In this document: in pieces, positions 17,215 through 25,553 of the stretch
How the letters are laid out: every line of letters starts with the position of its first letter
Numbering within the stretch: the stretch's first letter is position 1
NCBI GenBank assembly: GCA_030167145.1
Contig: CP126532.1
Location: 1,680,001-1,712,000, forward strand
Source: Ktedonobacterales bacterium
GTDB taxonomy: Bacteria; Chloroflexota; Ktedonobacteria; Ktedonobacterales; JADMIN01
Length of the DNA: 32,000 bases
Direction of reading: 5' to 3'
The notes under the pieces: generated by a model
What the model saw: only the letters and a program-made list of their open reading frames with translations
The model's database searches: none
What the model was told of the DNA's origin: nothing
Made by a program: the position numbers and the translations under genes

Positions 17215-19412
17215 TGCGACGGTGGCGCGGTGAGCGTCAGCGTCGCCATCGCTTGCGCCTCCTGATACGCTTGCAACGTCCCCACCTTGCTCTGGCTGGT
17301 CCCTGCCGTCTGACCATTCGCCCCGCCCTCGCCGTGAAAGGCAGCGTCACACACCTGCGTCAGTGTCGCCACGGCAGCCGGATCCTGCGGCGTCGTCAGC
17401 AGTTTCAACGCCTCCTGATCCGCCGTCTGCGCCCAGCCCTTCACGTTCAGCAGTGCGCTCACCACACGGCTGGCATGCTGGCGCATCACCGCCGTCGCGT
17501 CGGGAGTCTGTGTGGCATAGGTCGCGTGGTCAGCGGCGGCATCCAGGTAGCCAAGCACGGGCGGTGTGCCTTGCCCACCCGTGGCGGGAGCCGGTGGATT
17601 GAGTAAGCCAAAGCCATCACCGGTAAAGGTGATCTTCGCTGCGGCGCAGTCCGCTCCAAGTGGCTGATAATGCGCGCCGTGCGTCCCCTCCAGAATATCC
17701 AGGATGTTCTGCGCGTAACATTGCACCGCCATAGTATCGCCTTGCGCCGCCGCGTGTTGGAGCGCCCCCGCCTGCACATTCAGTTCTTGCACCTGCGCCA
17801 GCGCTCCCGATAGGAGGCCAACTTTGCCGGGCGTGGCCGGAAAACTCACGAGCACATGGCGAATGTGCGTAAACGCTTGCAAGGGAAACGAGCCGGTAAG
17901 GACGATGTGCCCGAAAGGGAGTTGCGTATTGCTCTGCTCCAGCGTCACCTCCACCTCGTCGCCAGCCGCCAACAGATTTGAGCCAGCCTGGCCATTCTGC
18001 CCATTACCCGGATCATTGAGCACATAGGTCTGCCCAGACGCGCTCAGCGCGCCCAGAGGAATGATTTGTTCCCCCTCGCGGTTGATGAGCCAGACTTCGT
18101 AATGCGAGCCAGCGGGCGGAGCCGTAAGCCCCTGGACGGTAATCTGGGCCGCGTCGGAATGCCCAAGCGTGCTATGTGGTCCATCCATGAACAGCACCGT
18201 GCCGGTAAGCTTCGTGCTCCCCACACCCAGCCGGCCAGCCAGCGCCAGAAACCCGCCGCCCGCTAGCAGTACCAGCAGCGCGCAGCCGATCAGGATGCGC
18301 CCGAATGGGCCAACCGAACTCCGGCGCTGTGACGGCGCGAGCCGCCCCGAAGCGCCACCACTTGCCCCTGGTTGCGCTCCAGATGCCCCCGCCCGCAATG
18401 CGCCTGACCCGGCTGCCGTATCCACCACGGCGGCGTGCTCGCCAGCACGCGCCGAAGCGGAGGATGCCTGACTCCGGCTGCCAAAGGGCGCGCTCGTGGG
18501 GAACGGCACACGCCGTGCGCTATTGGGCGCGATGATCTGGTGAAAAGCATTGGCAAACGCGCCAGGCGTGCTGTAGCGCTGCGCCGGATCTTTCGCCAAC
18601 CCCTGCGCCAACACATGATCTATTTCGGCGGGCAGGCCGCCGCGCCGCGTGGGCAGGCGTGTCTCTAGCGGGGCGGGCGTCGCTGAGAGATGCTGCTGAA
18701 GGAACGCATCATACCTATCGCTAGTAAAAACCGGCTGTCCGGTGAGCAAGTGATACGTCACCGCCGCCAGCGCATAGACATCCGTAGCAGTGCCCACCGG
18801 CTTTTCGAGCAATTGCTCCGGCGCGCAGGCTTCGAGGCTGCCATAGTAGGGATAGCGTGTGGTCGCGGCTGTGGCGACGCCAAAGTGGTTGCGTATAAAC
18901 TCGGCTTCCTGCCGCACGCCCACATCCGAGACGGCCACCTGTCCATCGAGTTGGATGTAGATACATTCCGTCGAAAGGTTGCCGTGCAGCGTGGCGTGCT
19001 CATGGGCATATTCGAGCGCGGCGGCAATCTGGTCCAGATAGCGCCCCACCGTCACCACCGCAATCGGGCCGCTCTGCGCCAGCCGCATGCTCAGCGAGCG
19101 CATACCCAGTTCCGGCCAGACTAGATAGGGATAGCCCTGGGCGACGCCGTAATCTGTCAGCGGGAGGATATATGGATGCTGCAAGGTCGCCAGATGCGAC
19201 GCCTGATAGTCGAGCCGCGTGGTGTACTCGGTATAGGCATCAGCGGCCAGCCCGGCGGGCATCGGCAGGATGCGCAACAGCGCGGTCGCGTTCGTCGTGC
19301 GGTTGCGCGCGATGAACAGCGGCCCCAGCGCGCTCTGGCTCAGCAGCCGCTCCAGGTGATATGTCGCCAGGGTGGCGCCCACCCATTGCTCATAAGGGGA
19401 TTGCTCAGACAT
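17211..19412 (-). CDS. Membrane-anchored Hanks-type pseudokinase with an extracytoplasmic RskA-like (anti-sigma-K C-terminal-like) domain and an unassigned C-terminal domain
   Basis: The kinase fold aligns with the active kinase at 11914-12972, but key residues are changed: VAVK->LLRI, HRDVKPQN->HGNLSTEC, DFG->DVG and the G-loop->SQSALGP. A single TM follows (ILIGCALLVLLAGGGFLALAG). The outer domain has GLTAPPAGSHYEVWLI...VEVTLE. Start at ATG 19412, preceded by GGTGAGGGA plus 7 nt. Confidence 0.75.
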   Translation of the reverse strand: MSEQSPYEQWVGATLATYHLERLLSQSALGPLFIARNRTTNATALLRILPMPAGLAADAYTEYTTRLDYQASHLATLQHPYILPLTDYGVAQGYPYLVWPELGMRSLSMRLAQSGPIAVVTVGRYLDQIAAALEYAHEHATLHGNLSTECIYIQLDGQVAVSDVGVRQEAEFIRNHFGVATAATTRYPYYGSLEACAPEQLLEKPVGTATDVYALAAVTYHLLTGQPVFTSDRYDAFLQQHLSATPAPLETRLPTRRGGLPAEIDHVLAQGLAKDPAQRYSTPGAFANAFHQIIAPNSARRVPFPTSAPFGSRSQASSASARAGEHAAVVDTAAGSGALRAGASGAQPGASGGASGRLAPSQRRSSVGPFGRILIGCALLVLLAGGGFLALAGRLGVGSTKLTGTVLFMDGPHSTLGHSDAAQITVQGLTAPPAGSHYEVWLINREGEQIIPLGALSASGQTYVLNDPGNGQNGQAGSNLLAAGDEVEVTLEQSNTQLPFGHIVLTGSFPLQAFTHIRHVLVSFPATPGKVGLLSGALAQVQELNVQAGALQHAAAQGDTMAVQCYAQNILDILEGTHGAHYQPLGADCAAAKITFTGDGFGLLNPPAPATGGQGTPPVLGYLDAAADHATYATQTPDATAVMRQHASRVVSALLNVKGWAQTADQEALKLLTTPQDPAAVATLTQVCDAAFHGEGGANGQTAGTSQSKVGTLQAYQEAQAMATLTLTAPPSH

Positions 19413-19527
19413 TCCAAAGTCCCTCACCTGCTCACCACCACTACCCGGCGCCGGTATTCAGGCATGAATACCTTTCCCTGCGCACACATCCTCAACAACA
19501 AACCAAGGGAGACATTAACCGGGAAAC

Positions 19528-19556
19528 AGTGTACCCATTCCTTTTGCGTCTGTCAA
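19528..19556 (-). promoter_or_regulatory. Sigma-70-type promoter for the pseudokinase gene
   Basis: On the minus strand: TTGACA (19556-19551), 17 nt, TACACT (19533-19528). The roughly 110-nt 5' UTR contains the hairpin GGTATTCA-ggca-TGAATACC (19453-19472). Confidence 0.55.
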
Positions 19557-19626
19557 CCATACTCTGTTTTCTAGAAGGCAGGTGATTGCAGAAATTTTAC
19601 AAATAGCAGCGGACACACCGCTTCGC

Positions 19627-20919
19627 TCATTGCCGCCCCGCTAGCTCGCGTAGCCGCTGCTGCAAGAAACGGCGCTCGATGCGGTTCTGGCAGAGCGCCA
19701 GCGCCCGCGTGTAGCTGGCCGCAGCCGCCTCGCGCTGCCCGGAACGCCGCAGCAGATCAGCGCGCGCCGCGTGATAGAGGTGATACGAATTGAGCGCGTC
19801 CCCCAGCCGTAGCCGGTCCAGCAGCGCCAACCCCTGCTCCGGTCCCTGGGCCATCGCCACCGCCACCGCCTGATTCAGCTCCACTACCGGCGACGGCGTC
19901 ATACAGGCGAGCCGCGCATAGAGCAGCGCAATCTGCTGCCAGTCGGTCTCCTCCGCCCGCGCCGCCTGCGCGTGCAGCGCACTGATCGCCGCTTGAATCT
20001 GGTACGGGCCGGCGCGCCGCAGTCGTAGCGCTTGGTCGAGCAGCGCCACTCCTTCGGCGATCTGGTCGGCGTCCCACAGCGCGCGGTCCTGGTCTTCGAG
20101 CAACACCATATCTCCGACCGCATCCACCCGCGCCCGCAGCCGCGCGTGGTGCAGCAGCATCAACGCCAGCAGCCCCAGCGCCTCAGCGTTTTCGGCCTCC
20201 GCCACGAGACCCGGCTCGCGCGCCAGCAGCCCCACCAGCACCCGTGTCAAGCGGATCGCCTCCGCGCATAGCTCGTGGCGAATCAAGGCGTCGCCCTGCG
20301 TCGCGGTATAGCCCTCATTGAAAATCAGATAGAGCACCGCCAGCAGCCCATCCATCCGTTCGGGCAGCAGGTGCGCCGGTGGCACCCGATACGGGATGCG
20401 CGCATCGCGAATCTTGCGCTGCGCGCGGACCAACCGCTGCGCCATCGTCGCCACCGGCACGAGAAACGCGCTGGCGATCTCCGGCGTCGTCAGCCCACCC
20501 AATGTCCGCAGCGTCAGCGCCACCCGCGCCTCCAGCGCCAGCGCCGGATGACAGCAGGTGAAGAGTAGCTTCAGGCGTTCATCCGGTATTTCCGCGTCGG
20601 CATCATCTGCCGCTTCCACAGCGCGCCCGTCATCCTGTGCGAGCGCTCCCATCGCCGCAAGCGCCTCTTGCTTGCGCAGTAACGTGCTATCGCGCCGCAA
20701 CCGGTCTATTGCCTTGCGCCGCGCAATCGTCGTCAGCCACGCCGCTGGATTGCGTGGCACGCCCTCCACGGGCCAGCGTTGCAGCGCCACCACCGCCGCA
20801 TCTTGCAGCGCATCTTCGGCCAGCGCGAAATCGCCCAGCGCGGCGATCAGCGCCGCCAGGATCTGCCCTGACTCACGGCGATAGGTCTGCTCGACGATGC
20901 GCGCGACACTGCTCTCCAT
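19627..20919 (-). CDS. ECF sigma factor with a C-terminal TPR-like extension (COG4941 / ECF42-type)
   Basis: N-terminus [42 protein letters not shown]...[20 protein letters not shown] (sigma regions 2 and 4), then a helical-repeat tail of about 230 aa. Start at ATG 20919 (MESSVAR), preceded by GAGGTG. A DGPF gene lies upstream. Confidence 0.85.
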   Translation of the reverse strand: MESSVARIVEQTYRRESGQILAALIAALGDFALAEDALQDAAVVALQRWPVEGVPRNPAAWLTTIARRKAIDRLRRDSTLLRKQEALAAMGALAQDDGRAVEAADDADAEIPDERLKLLFTCCHPALALEARVALTLRTLGGLTTPEIASAFLVPVATMAQRLVRAQRKIRDARIPYRVPPAHLLPERMDGLLAVLYLIFNEGYTATQGDALIRHELCAEAIRLTRVLVGLLAREPGLVAEAENAEALGLLALMLLHHARLRARVDAVGDMVLLEDQDRALWDADQIAEGVALLDQALRLRRAGPYQIQAAISALHAQAARAEETDWQQIALLYARLACMTPSPVVELNQAVAVAMAQGPEQGLALLDRLRLGDALNSYHLYHAARADLLRRSGQREAAAASYTRALALCQNRIERRFLQQRLRELAGRQ

Positions 20920-21066
20920 CCTGCACCTCGGCGGACTTCTCGCTATCCGTGGACTATCCCTCTCGCCTGGGAGCATACGACACCACGCGCGCCCGGCGCA
21001 CCCACACCACCAGCGGCGGCGCGGATGACCCCAGGCGCGCGTGACGCCACACGCGCGCGCGTATGT

Positions 21067-21411
21067 CTAGTCGAACTCCATCACCGGCCGCACCTCGATG
21101 GAGCCATGCTGTGCGCCCGGTATCTTGGCCGCAATCTGGATCGCCTCATCCAGATTCTCAGCATTGACGAGATAGAATCCGCCAAGCTGCTCTTTCGTCT
21201 CGGCGAACGGGCCGTCGGTGGTGAGCGTCTTGCCCTCACGCGCCCGCACTGTCGTCGCGGAGGACGTGGGCAGCAGCGCCTCGCCGCCCGCAATCTTGTC
21301 TTTGAACTCTGCGCTGAAGGCGTTGTAGGCGGCCATCACCGCCGCCTGCTCCTGCTGCGTCGCCTGGCTGTCCCTGACTTCTTCGGTGTAGATCAACAGC
21401 GCATATTGCAT
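21067..21411 (-). CDS. YCII-related / DGPF-domain protein
   Basis: MQYALLIYTEE...TTDGPFAETKEQLGGFYLVNAENLDEAIQIAAKIPGAQHGSIEVRPVMEF. Start at ATG 21411, preceded by GGAGG plus 6 nt. Confidence 0.85.
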   Translation of the reverse strand: MQYALLIYTEEVRDSQATQQEQAAVMAAYNAFSAEFKDKIAGGEALLPTSSATTVRAREGKTLTTDGPFAETKEQLGGFYLVNAENLDEAIQIAAKIPGAQHGSIEVRPVMEFD

Positions 21412-21490
21412 CGTAAACCTCCTCGCGGCTCGCCCACGCGAGCCAGCGGTTTGCAACATTCGGCGGGCACACTCGCCCGTCTAGCATACC

Positions 21491-21517
21491 GTCGAACGCG
21501 ACACCCGCACTTCGACA
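21491..21517 (-). promoter_or_regulatory. Candidate ECF42-type promoter upstream of the DGPF gene
   Basis: On the minus strand: TGTCGA (21517-21512), 17 nt, CGAC (21494-21491), about 80 nt upstream of ATG 21411. As I recall it, the ECF42 target motif is TGTCGA at -35 and CGA/TC at -10. Confidence 0.4.
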
Positions 21518-21773
21518 TCTTCACGAACATCTGTTTCAGTCATTCGACCATTTCGACGGATGTGCGGCAATGCGGCTTTGTCCATAGCGGGGAATACGCG
21601 ATCCAGTTACTATGCCTCGCCCCACGACTTTTCGCACATCTCCTTTACCGCTCCGACGCCGCTCCGCTATACTGATGCCCAATGTGAAATGATACGGGCG
21701 GCATGCCGAAGGATTCGCTGTACAGCCCAGACGTGCGATAGCACCACGCTGGTGAAAGAAAGCGAAGCTCGTT

Positions 21774-22232
21774 ATGGGTCATCCTTCCGGCGGTACAGAG
21801 CCAACCGTCCTCGTGGTGGACGATAACGCCGACCTGCTCGCGCTCGTCGCCAATTCGCTCCGCAAGCTCGGCGGCTTTTCTGTCGCCACCGCCACCAACG
21901 GCGCTGAAGGTCTACAATGCTACTTCGAGGTGCGCCCTGCTTGCGTGGTCGTGGATGTGAAGATGCCAGGCCTCGACGGCTATCAATTGATTCGCGCACT
22001 GCGGGGCGACCCCGACTCCAGCGCGACCCCGATCATCGTGCTCTCGGCGATGGTGCAGGACCGCGATAAACTGGCTGGCCTGCTCGCTGGAGCCGACGCC
22101 TATCTGCTCAAGCCTATCTCACCGCTCGACCTTGTCAGCGCCGTGCGCCAGGCGCTCGCGCGGACCGAGACCCAGCGACAGCAACGGCTGCGAGCGCTGC
22201 TGGATGACACCGCCGAATCCACGGAATCATAG
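21774..22232 (+). CDS. Stand-alone receiver (CheY-like) response regulator
   Basis: VLVVDDNADLL...VVVDVKMPGLDGYQLIRALR...PIIVLSAM...GADAYLLKPISPLDLV. No output domain. Confidence 0.9.
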   Translation: MGHPSGGTEPTVLVVDDNADLLALVANSLRKLGGFSVATATNGAEGLQCYFEVRPACVVVDVKMPGLDGYQLIRALRGDPDSSATPIIVLSAMVQDRDKLAGLLAGADAYLLKPISPLDLVSAVRQALARTETQRQQRLRALLDDTAESTES

Positions 22233-22242
22233 GAGCGCCCCC

Positions 22243-23730
22243 ATGATCGAGCCGTCGCTTGACCTGTCGCAAGATCCCATCTCCGAGCGCGCGATCTATC
22301 ATGAGTACGAGCGCAAGCGTAGGCTGCGGCTCGCGGGCACGCTGCTGCCCATCTTTGCCGTGCTCCAGTGTATCGTCGTCATCGTCGGCTCGTATGTCAC
22401 CATCGCCATCTACCCCGGCGCGCCTGTTGTGTTACAGGTCAATATCTTCACCACTATCGTCATGGGCTTCTGCGCGTTCTTCTACATCCTTGGCGTGTCG
22501 TTCGCGCGACGCGGTCACGTGTCGCGCGCCGTGCTCTGCCTCCTGCTGCCGATGGGCGCAACCATCATCGTCCCGCCGCTCGCCTATGATGTGGCGTATC
22601 ATCTCGCGCCACACGCCGCCAGCCCGATCATCGCCATCACGTTCAGCATTATGATGGCGACGATGATCTTCATTGTGCTCACCGGCATACTCACTACGGG
22701 CCGCCCGCCACTCATCGGCGCGACGCTGAGCATGAATATCCTCACGGCCATCATTCTGGTCTACATCTTTCACGTGCAGGGGTTGGGCGCGGAATTGAGT
22801 AAACAGGCAGTGCCGCTCATCCCCTTCGTGCTCGTCATCCAGTGGGCTATCGCTGGCGTTCTGCTGGCCGCATCTGGAACGTACTTGCAGACCTTGCGTG
22901 AGCTAGGCGATGTGCGCATCGCCTATGCGCGCGCCCAGCAGCTTGACGAACTCAAAGACCAGTTCATTACCCATATCAACCACGAACTACGCACGCCGGT
23001 GATGGCGATGCAGGGGCATGTCGAGTTGCTACTGCTGACCGAAGATGGGCTATCGCGCGAGGAGCGCACCGCCTACCTCGAACGTGCCAAGCGCGCGGGC
23101 GATAATCTGGTCAGCCTTGTCACTGGCATCCTGGATATGCGCCGCCTGGAACAGGGCGCTGAAGCTTTCGCACCTGCTCCGGTTCCGCTCCGCGAGGCGC
23201 TGGACGCCGCCACCCAAATGCTCGACCCGCGCGAGATGCAGACCGGCGGCATACGCGATCTGCGCGTGACCATCGCCCCCGAACTGGCCGTCTGGGGTGA
23301 AACGGTGCGCGTCCGCCAGATTTTCACCAACCTGCTCTCCAACGCCATCAAATACTCCCCACCAGGAACGCCCATCGAAGTCGCCGCGCATCAGATCGTC
23401 GAGAGCCTTCCGGGCGCTGGCCCCTGGTGGCGCGATCAGCGCCCGCGACGCGAGATGGTCGAGATCATCGTGCGCGACTACGGCCTTGGCATCCCACCGG
23501 CGCAGATTCCACTGCTCTTCAAGCGTTTCGTGCGTCTCCCGCGCGATCTCGCTTCCAGCACCACCGGCAATGGCCTCGGTCTCCACCTCTGCAAAGCCTT
23601 CGCCGAAGACATGGGCGGCTCCATCCGCGTGGAGAGCAGCGGCATCGAAGGCGAAGGCGCGATCTTCCGCGTGCTGCTCCCCGTCCCATTGGCCTCACTC
23701 TCCACTGAACACCTCCATGACACACCGTAG
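22243..23730 (+). CDS. Sensor histidine kinase with about six N-terminal TM helices
   Basis: H-box FITHINHELRTPVMAMQGHVELL. HATPase motifs LSNAIKYSPPGTPIEV, DYGLGI and GNGLGLHLCKAFAEDMGGSIRVES. Start at ATG 22243, preceded by AGGAG plus 7 nt and just after the receiver stop. The ORF-track start at 22132 overlaps the receiver gene. Confidence 0.9.
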   Translation: MIEPSLDLSQDPISERAIYHEYERKRRLRLAGTLLPIFAVLQCIVVIVGSYVTIAIYPGAPVVLQVNIFTTIVMGFCAFFYILGVSFARRGHVSRAVLCLLLPMGATIIVPPLAYDVAYHLAPHAASPIIAITFSIMMATMIFIVLTGILTTGRPPLIGATLSMNILTAIILVYIFHVQGLGAELSKQAVPLIPFVLVIQWAIAGVLLAASGTYLQTLRELGDVRIAYARAQQLDELKDQFITHINHELRTPVMAMQGHVELLLLTEDGLSREERTAYLERAKRAGDNLVSLVTGILDMRRLEQGAEAFAPAPVPLREALDAATQMLDPREMQTGGIRDLRVTIAPELAVWGETVRVRQIFTNLLSNAIKYSPPGTPIEVAAHQIVESLPGAGPWWRDQRPRREMVEIIVRDYGLGIPPAQIPLLFKRFVRLPRDLASSTTGNGLGLHLCKAFAEDMGGSIRVESSGIEGEGAIFRVLLPVPLASLSTEHLHDTP

Positions 23731-23803
23731 CCGCCGTCGCTTCGACCGCTCAACCTCGCTCATCTATGGCAAAAGTCCATGTGTACTCGCCCCATGCATG
23801 CCC

Positions 23804-23817
23804 TTGAATGGTATACT
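23804..23817 (+). promoter_or_regulatory. Candidate extended -10 promoter for ffh
   Basis: TG-g-TATACT (TG at 23809-23810, -10 at 23812-23817), about 75 nt upstream of ATG 23892. There is no good -35. Confidence 0.35.
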
Positions 23818-23891
23818 GAAACGTAACGCGGTATTCCGCTTGCTCGTGTTCACGCCATCTCATTCACCCCTCCACAAGGAGGCCTTGCCAT

Positions 23892-25304
23892 ATGTTCGAA
23901 AGTCTCTCGCAACGCCTCGATAGCGTCTTCGACCGCCTGCGCGGCAAAGGCAAGATCAGCGAAAAGGACGTCACCGATGCCATGCGCGAAGTGCGCCAGG
24001 CGCTGCTCGAAGCCGACGTCAACTTCAAGCTCGTCAAGCAGTTCGTCGCCAATGTGCAGGAGCGCGCCGTCGGCCAGGAAGTGCTGCAAAGCCTCACACC
24101 CGCCCAGCACATCATCGGCATCGTGCATGATGAACTGGTTAACATGCTCGGCGGCGCGGACCCCAACGCTGGTAAAATCACCTTTGCGGGCGCGCCACCC
24201 ACCATCATCATGCTGGTCGGCCTTCAGGGTTCCGGCAAAACCACGCATGCGGCCAAGCTGGCCGCGTACTTCCGCAAGCACGGCCAGAAGCCTGGCATGG
24301 TCGCCGCCGATATGCAGCGCCCCGCCGCCGTCCAGCAATTGCAGCAGCTTGGCCGCCAGCTCGATATTCCCGTCTACGCCGAGCCTGCTGGCAACAAACC
24401 GATAGACATCACCACCCGCGCCGTCAAATGGGCGCGCGAGCAGGCGCTCACCATCCTGATCCTCGACACCGCTGGCCGCCTGCACATTGACGAAGACCTG
24501 ATGCACGAGGTCGCCGTCATCCGCCAGCGCACCGAGCCGCAAGAAGTATTGCTCGTCGTGGACGCCATGACCGGCCAGGACGCCGTCCGCGTCGCCGATG
24601 AGTTCAACAAATCCGTCGGTCTCACGGGCTTGATCCTTACGAAGATGGACGGCGACGCGCGTGGCGGCGCGGCGCTCTCCGTGCGGCAGGTTACGGGCGT
24701 CCCCATCAAATTCATGGGCACCGGCGAAAAAACCGACGCCCTCGAACCCTTCTACCCCGACCGCCTCGCCACGCGCATCCTGGGCATGGGCGATGTGATG
24801 TCGCTGATCGAAAAAGCCCGCGAGCACATTGACGAAAAAGAAGCGGCGAAGCTTCAGAAGAAGATGGGTAGCGGCTCCTTCGACCTCGAAGACTTCTTGC
24901 AGCAGATGCGCCAGGTCAAGAAAATGGGTTCGATGACCCAATTGCTCGAAATGATCCCTGGCATGGGCAAGGCGCTTAACAACGAAGACCTGCGCGAAGC
25001 CCTGGAAGGCGACCAGCTCAAAACCGCCGAGGCAATCATCCTCTCGATGACTCCCACCGAGCGGCACAATCCCGAGATCATCAACGGCAGCCGCAAGCGC
25101 CGCATCGCCAAAGGCAGCGGCACCACCCCGCAGGAGGTCAATCAACTGCTGGCCCAATTCAAGGAGTCGCAGCAGATGATGAAGCAACTGATGGGCATGC
25201 AACAGGGCAAGGGCGGACGTGGCCGCATGGGCCGGATGATGCGCCAGCTTGGCGGAATGGGCGGAATGGGCGGTATGGGTGGAATGGGCGGCCTCGGCCT
25301 GTAG
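23892..25304 (+). CDS. ffh: Signal recognition particle protein Ffh
   Basis: MFESLSQRLDSVFDRLRGKGKISEKDV. NG-domain GTPase motifs GLQGSGKTT, DTAGR and TKMDGDARGG. Met-rich M domain. RBS AAGGAGG. Confidence 0.97.
   Translation: MFESLSQRLDSVFDRLRGKGKISEKDVTDAMREVRQALLEADVNFKLVKQFVANVQERAVGQEVLQSLTPAQHIIGIVHDELVNMLGGADPNAGKITFAGAPPTIIMLVGLQGSGKTTHAAKLAAYFRKHGQKPGMVAADMQRPAAVQQLQQLGRQLDIPVYAEPAGNKPIDITTRAVKWAREQALTILILDTAGRLHIDEDLMHEVAVIRQRTEPQEVLLVVDAMTGQDAVRVADEFNKSVGLTGLILTKMDGDARGGAALSVRQVTGVPIKFMGTGEKTDALEPFYPDRLATRILGMGDVMSLIEKAREHIDEKEAAKLQKKMGSGSFDLEDFLQQMRQVKKMGSMTQLLEMIPGMGKALNNEDLREALEGDQLKTAEAIILSMTPTERHNPEIINGSRKRRIAKGSGTTPQEVNQLLAQFKESQQMMKQLMGMQQGKGGRGRMGRMMRQLGGMGGMGGMGGMGGLGL
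25251..25295 (+). repeat. 9-bp in-frame tandem repeat encoding the (GGM)n tail of Ffh
   Basis: ggcggaatg ggcggaatg ggcggtatg ggtggaatg ggcggcctc, encoding GGMGGMGGMGGMGGL. Confidence 0.9.
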
Positions 25305-25324
25305 GGGCGTCCGGTGGACGCCCG
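25301..25324 (+). terminator. Palindromic element, copy 1 (GTAGGGGCGTCC-GGT-GGACGCCCG), overlapping the ffh stop codon
   Basis: 8-bp GC-rich stem GGGCGTCC/GGACGCCC with no U tract. It matches the element at 27259-27282 at 21 of 24 positions. Confidence 0.45.
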
Positions 25325-25349
25325 CCATCGCACTCGCGAGGGGCGATCA

Positions 25350-25367
25350 GTGTGACCGTGGTCACAC
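25350..25367. promoter_or_regulatory. Perfect 8+8 inverted repeat (operator-like)
   Basis: GTGTGACC-gt-GGTCACAC, located between ffh and the L,D-transpeptidase gene. Confidence 0.3.
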
Positions 25368-25553
25368 CTACACCCTATGGATGTTACTCCCTATTGCTCG
25401 CAAACGTGTTAACCTGTGACGGCCTAAGAAGAATTGCGTATATCCGTACACTTGCCCGCGTCGCGCGAAGGTAGCGCGCCGTGCGTGCCGGTGAGCGGAG
25501 CGCGTTCGCACAGGCCGTATGTGCAGTTGGCATCGCAGGAGGTAGGGCGGGGT

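Noticed and set aside
23850-25328. 492-aa minus-strand ORF
   Set aside because: It is exactly antisense to the unambiguous ffh gene. The product is low complexity and rich in His, Ala, Leu and Gly, with no motifs.
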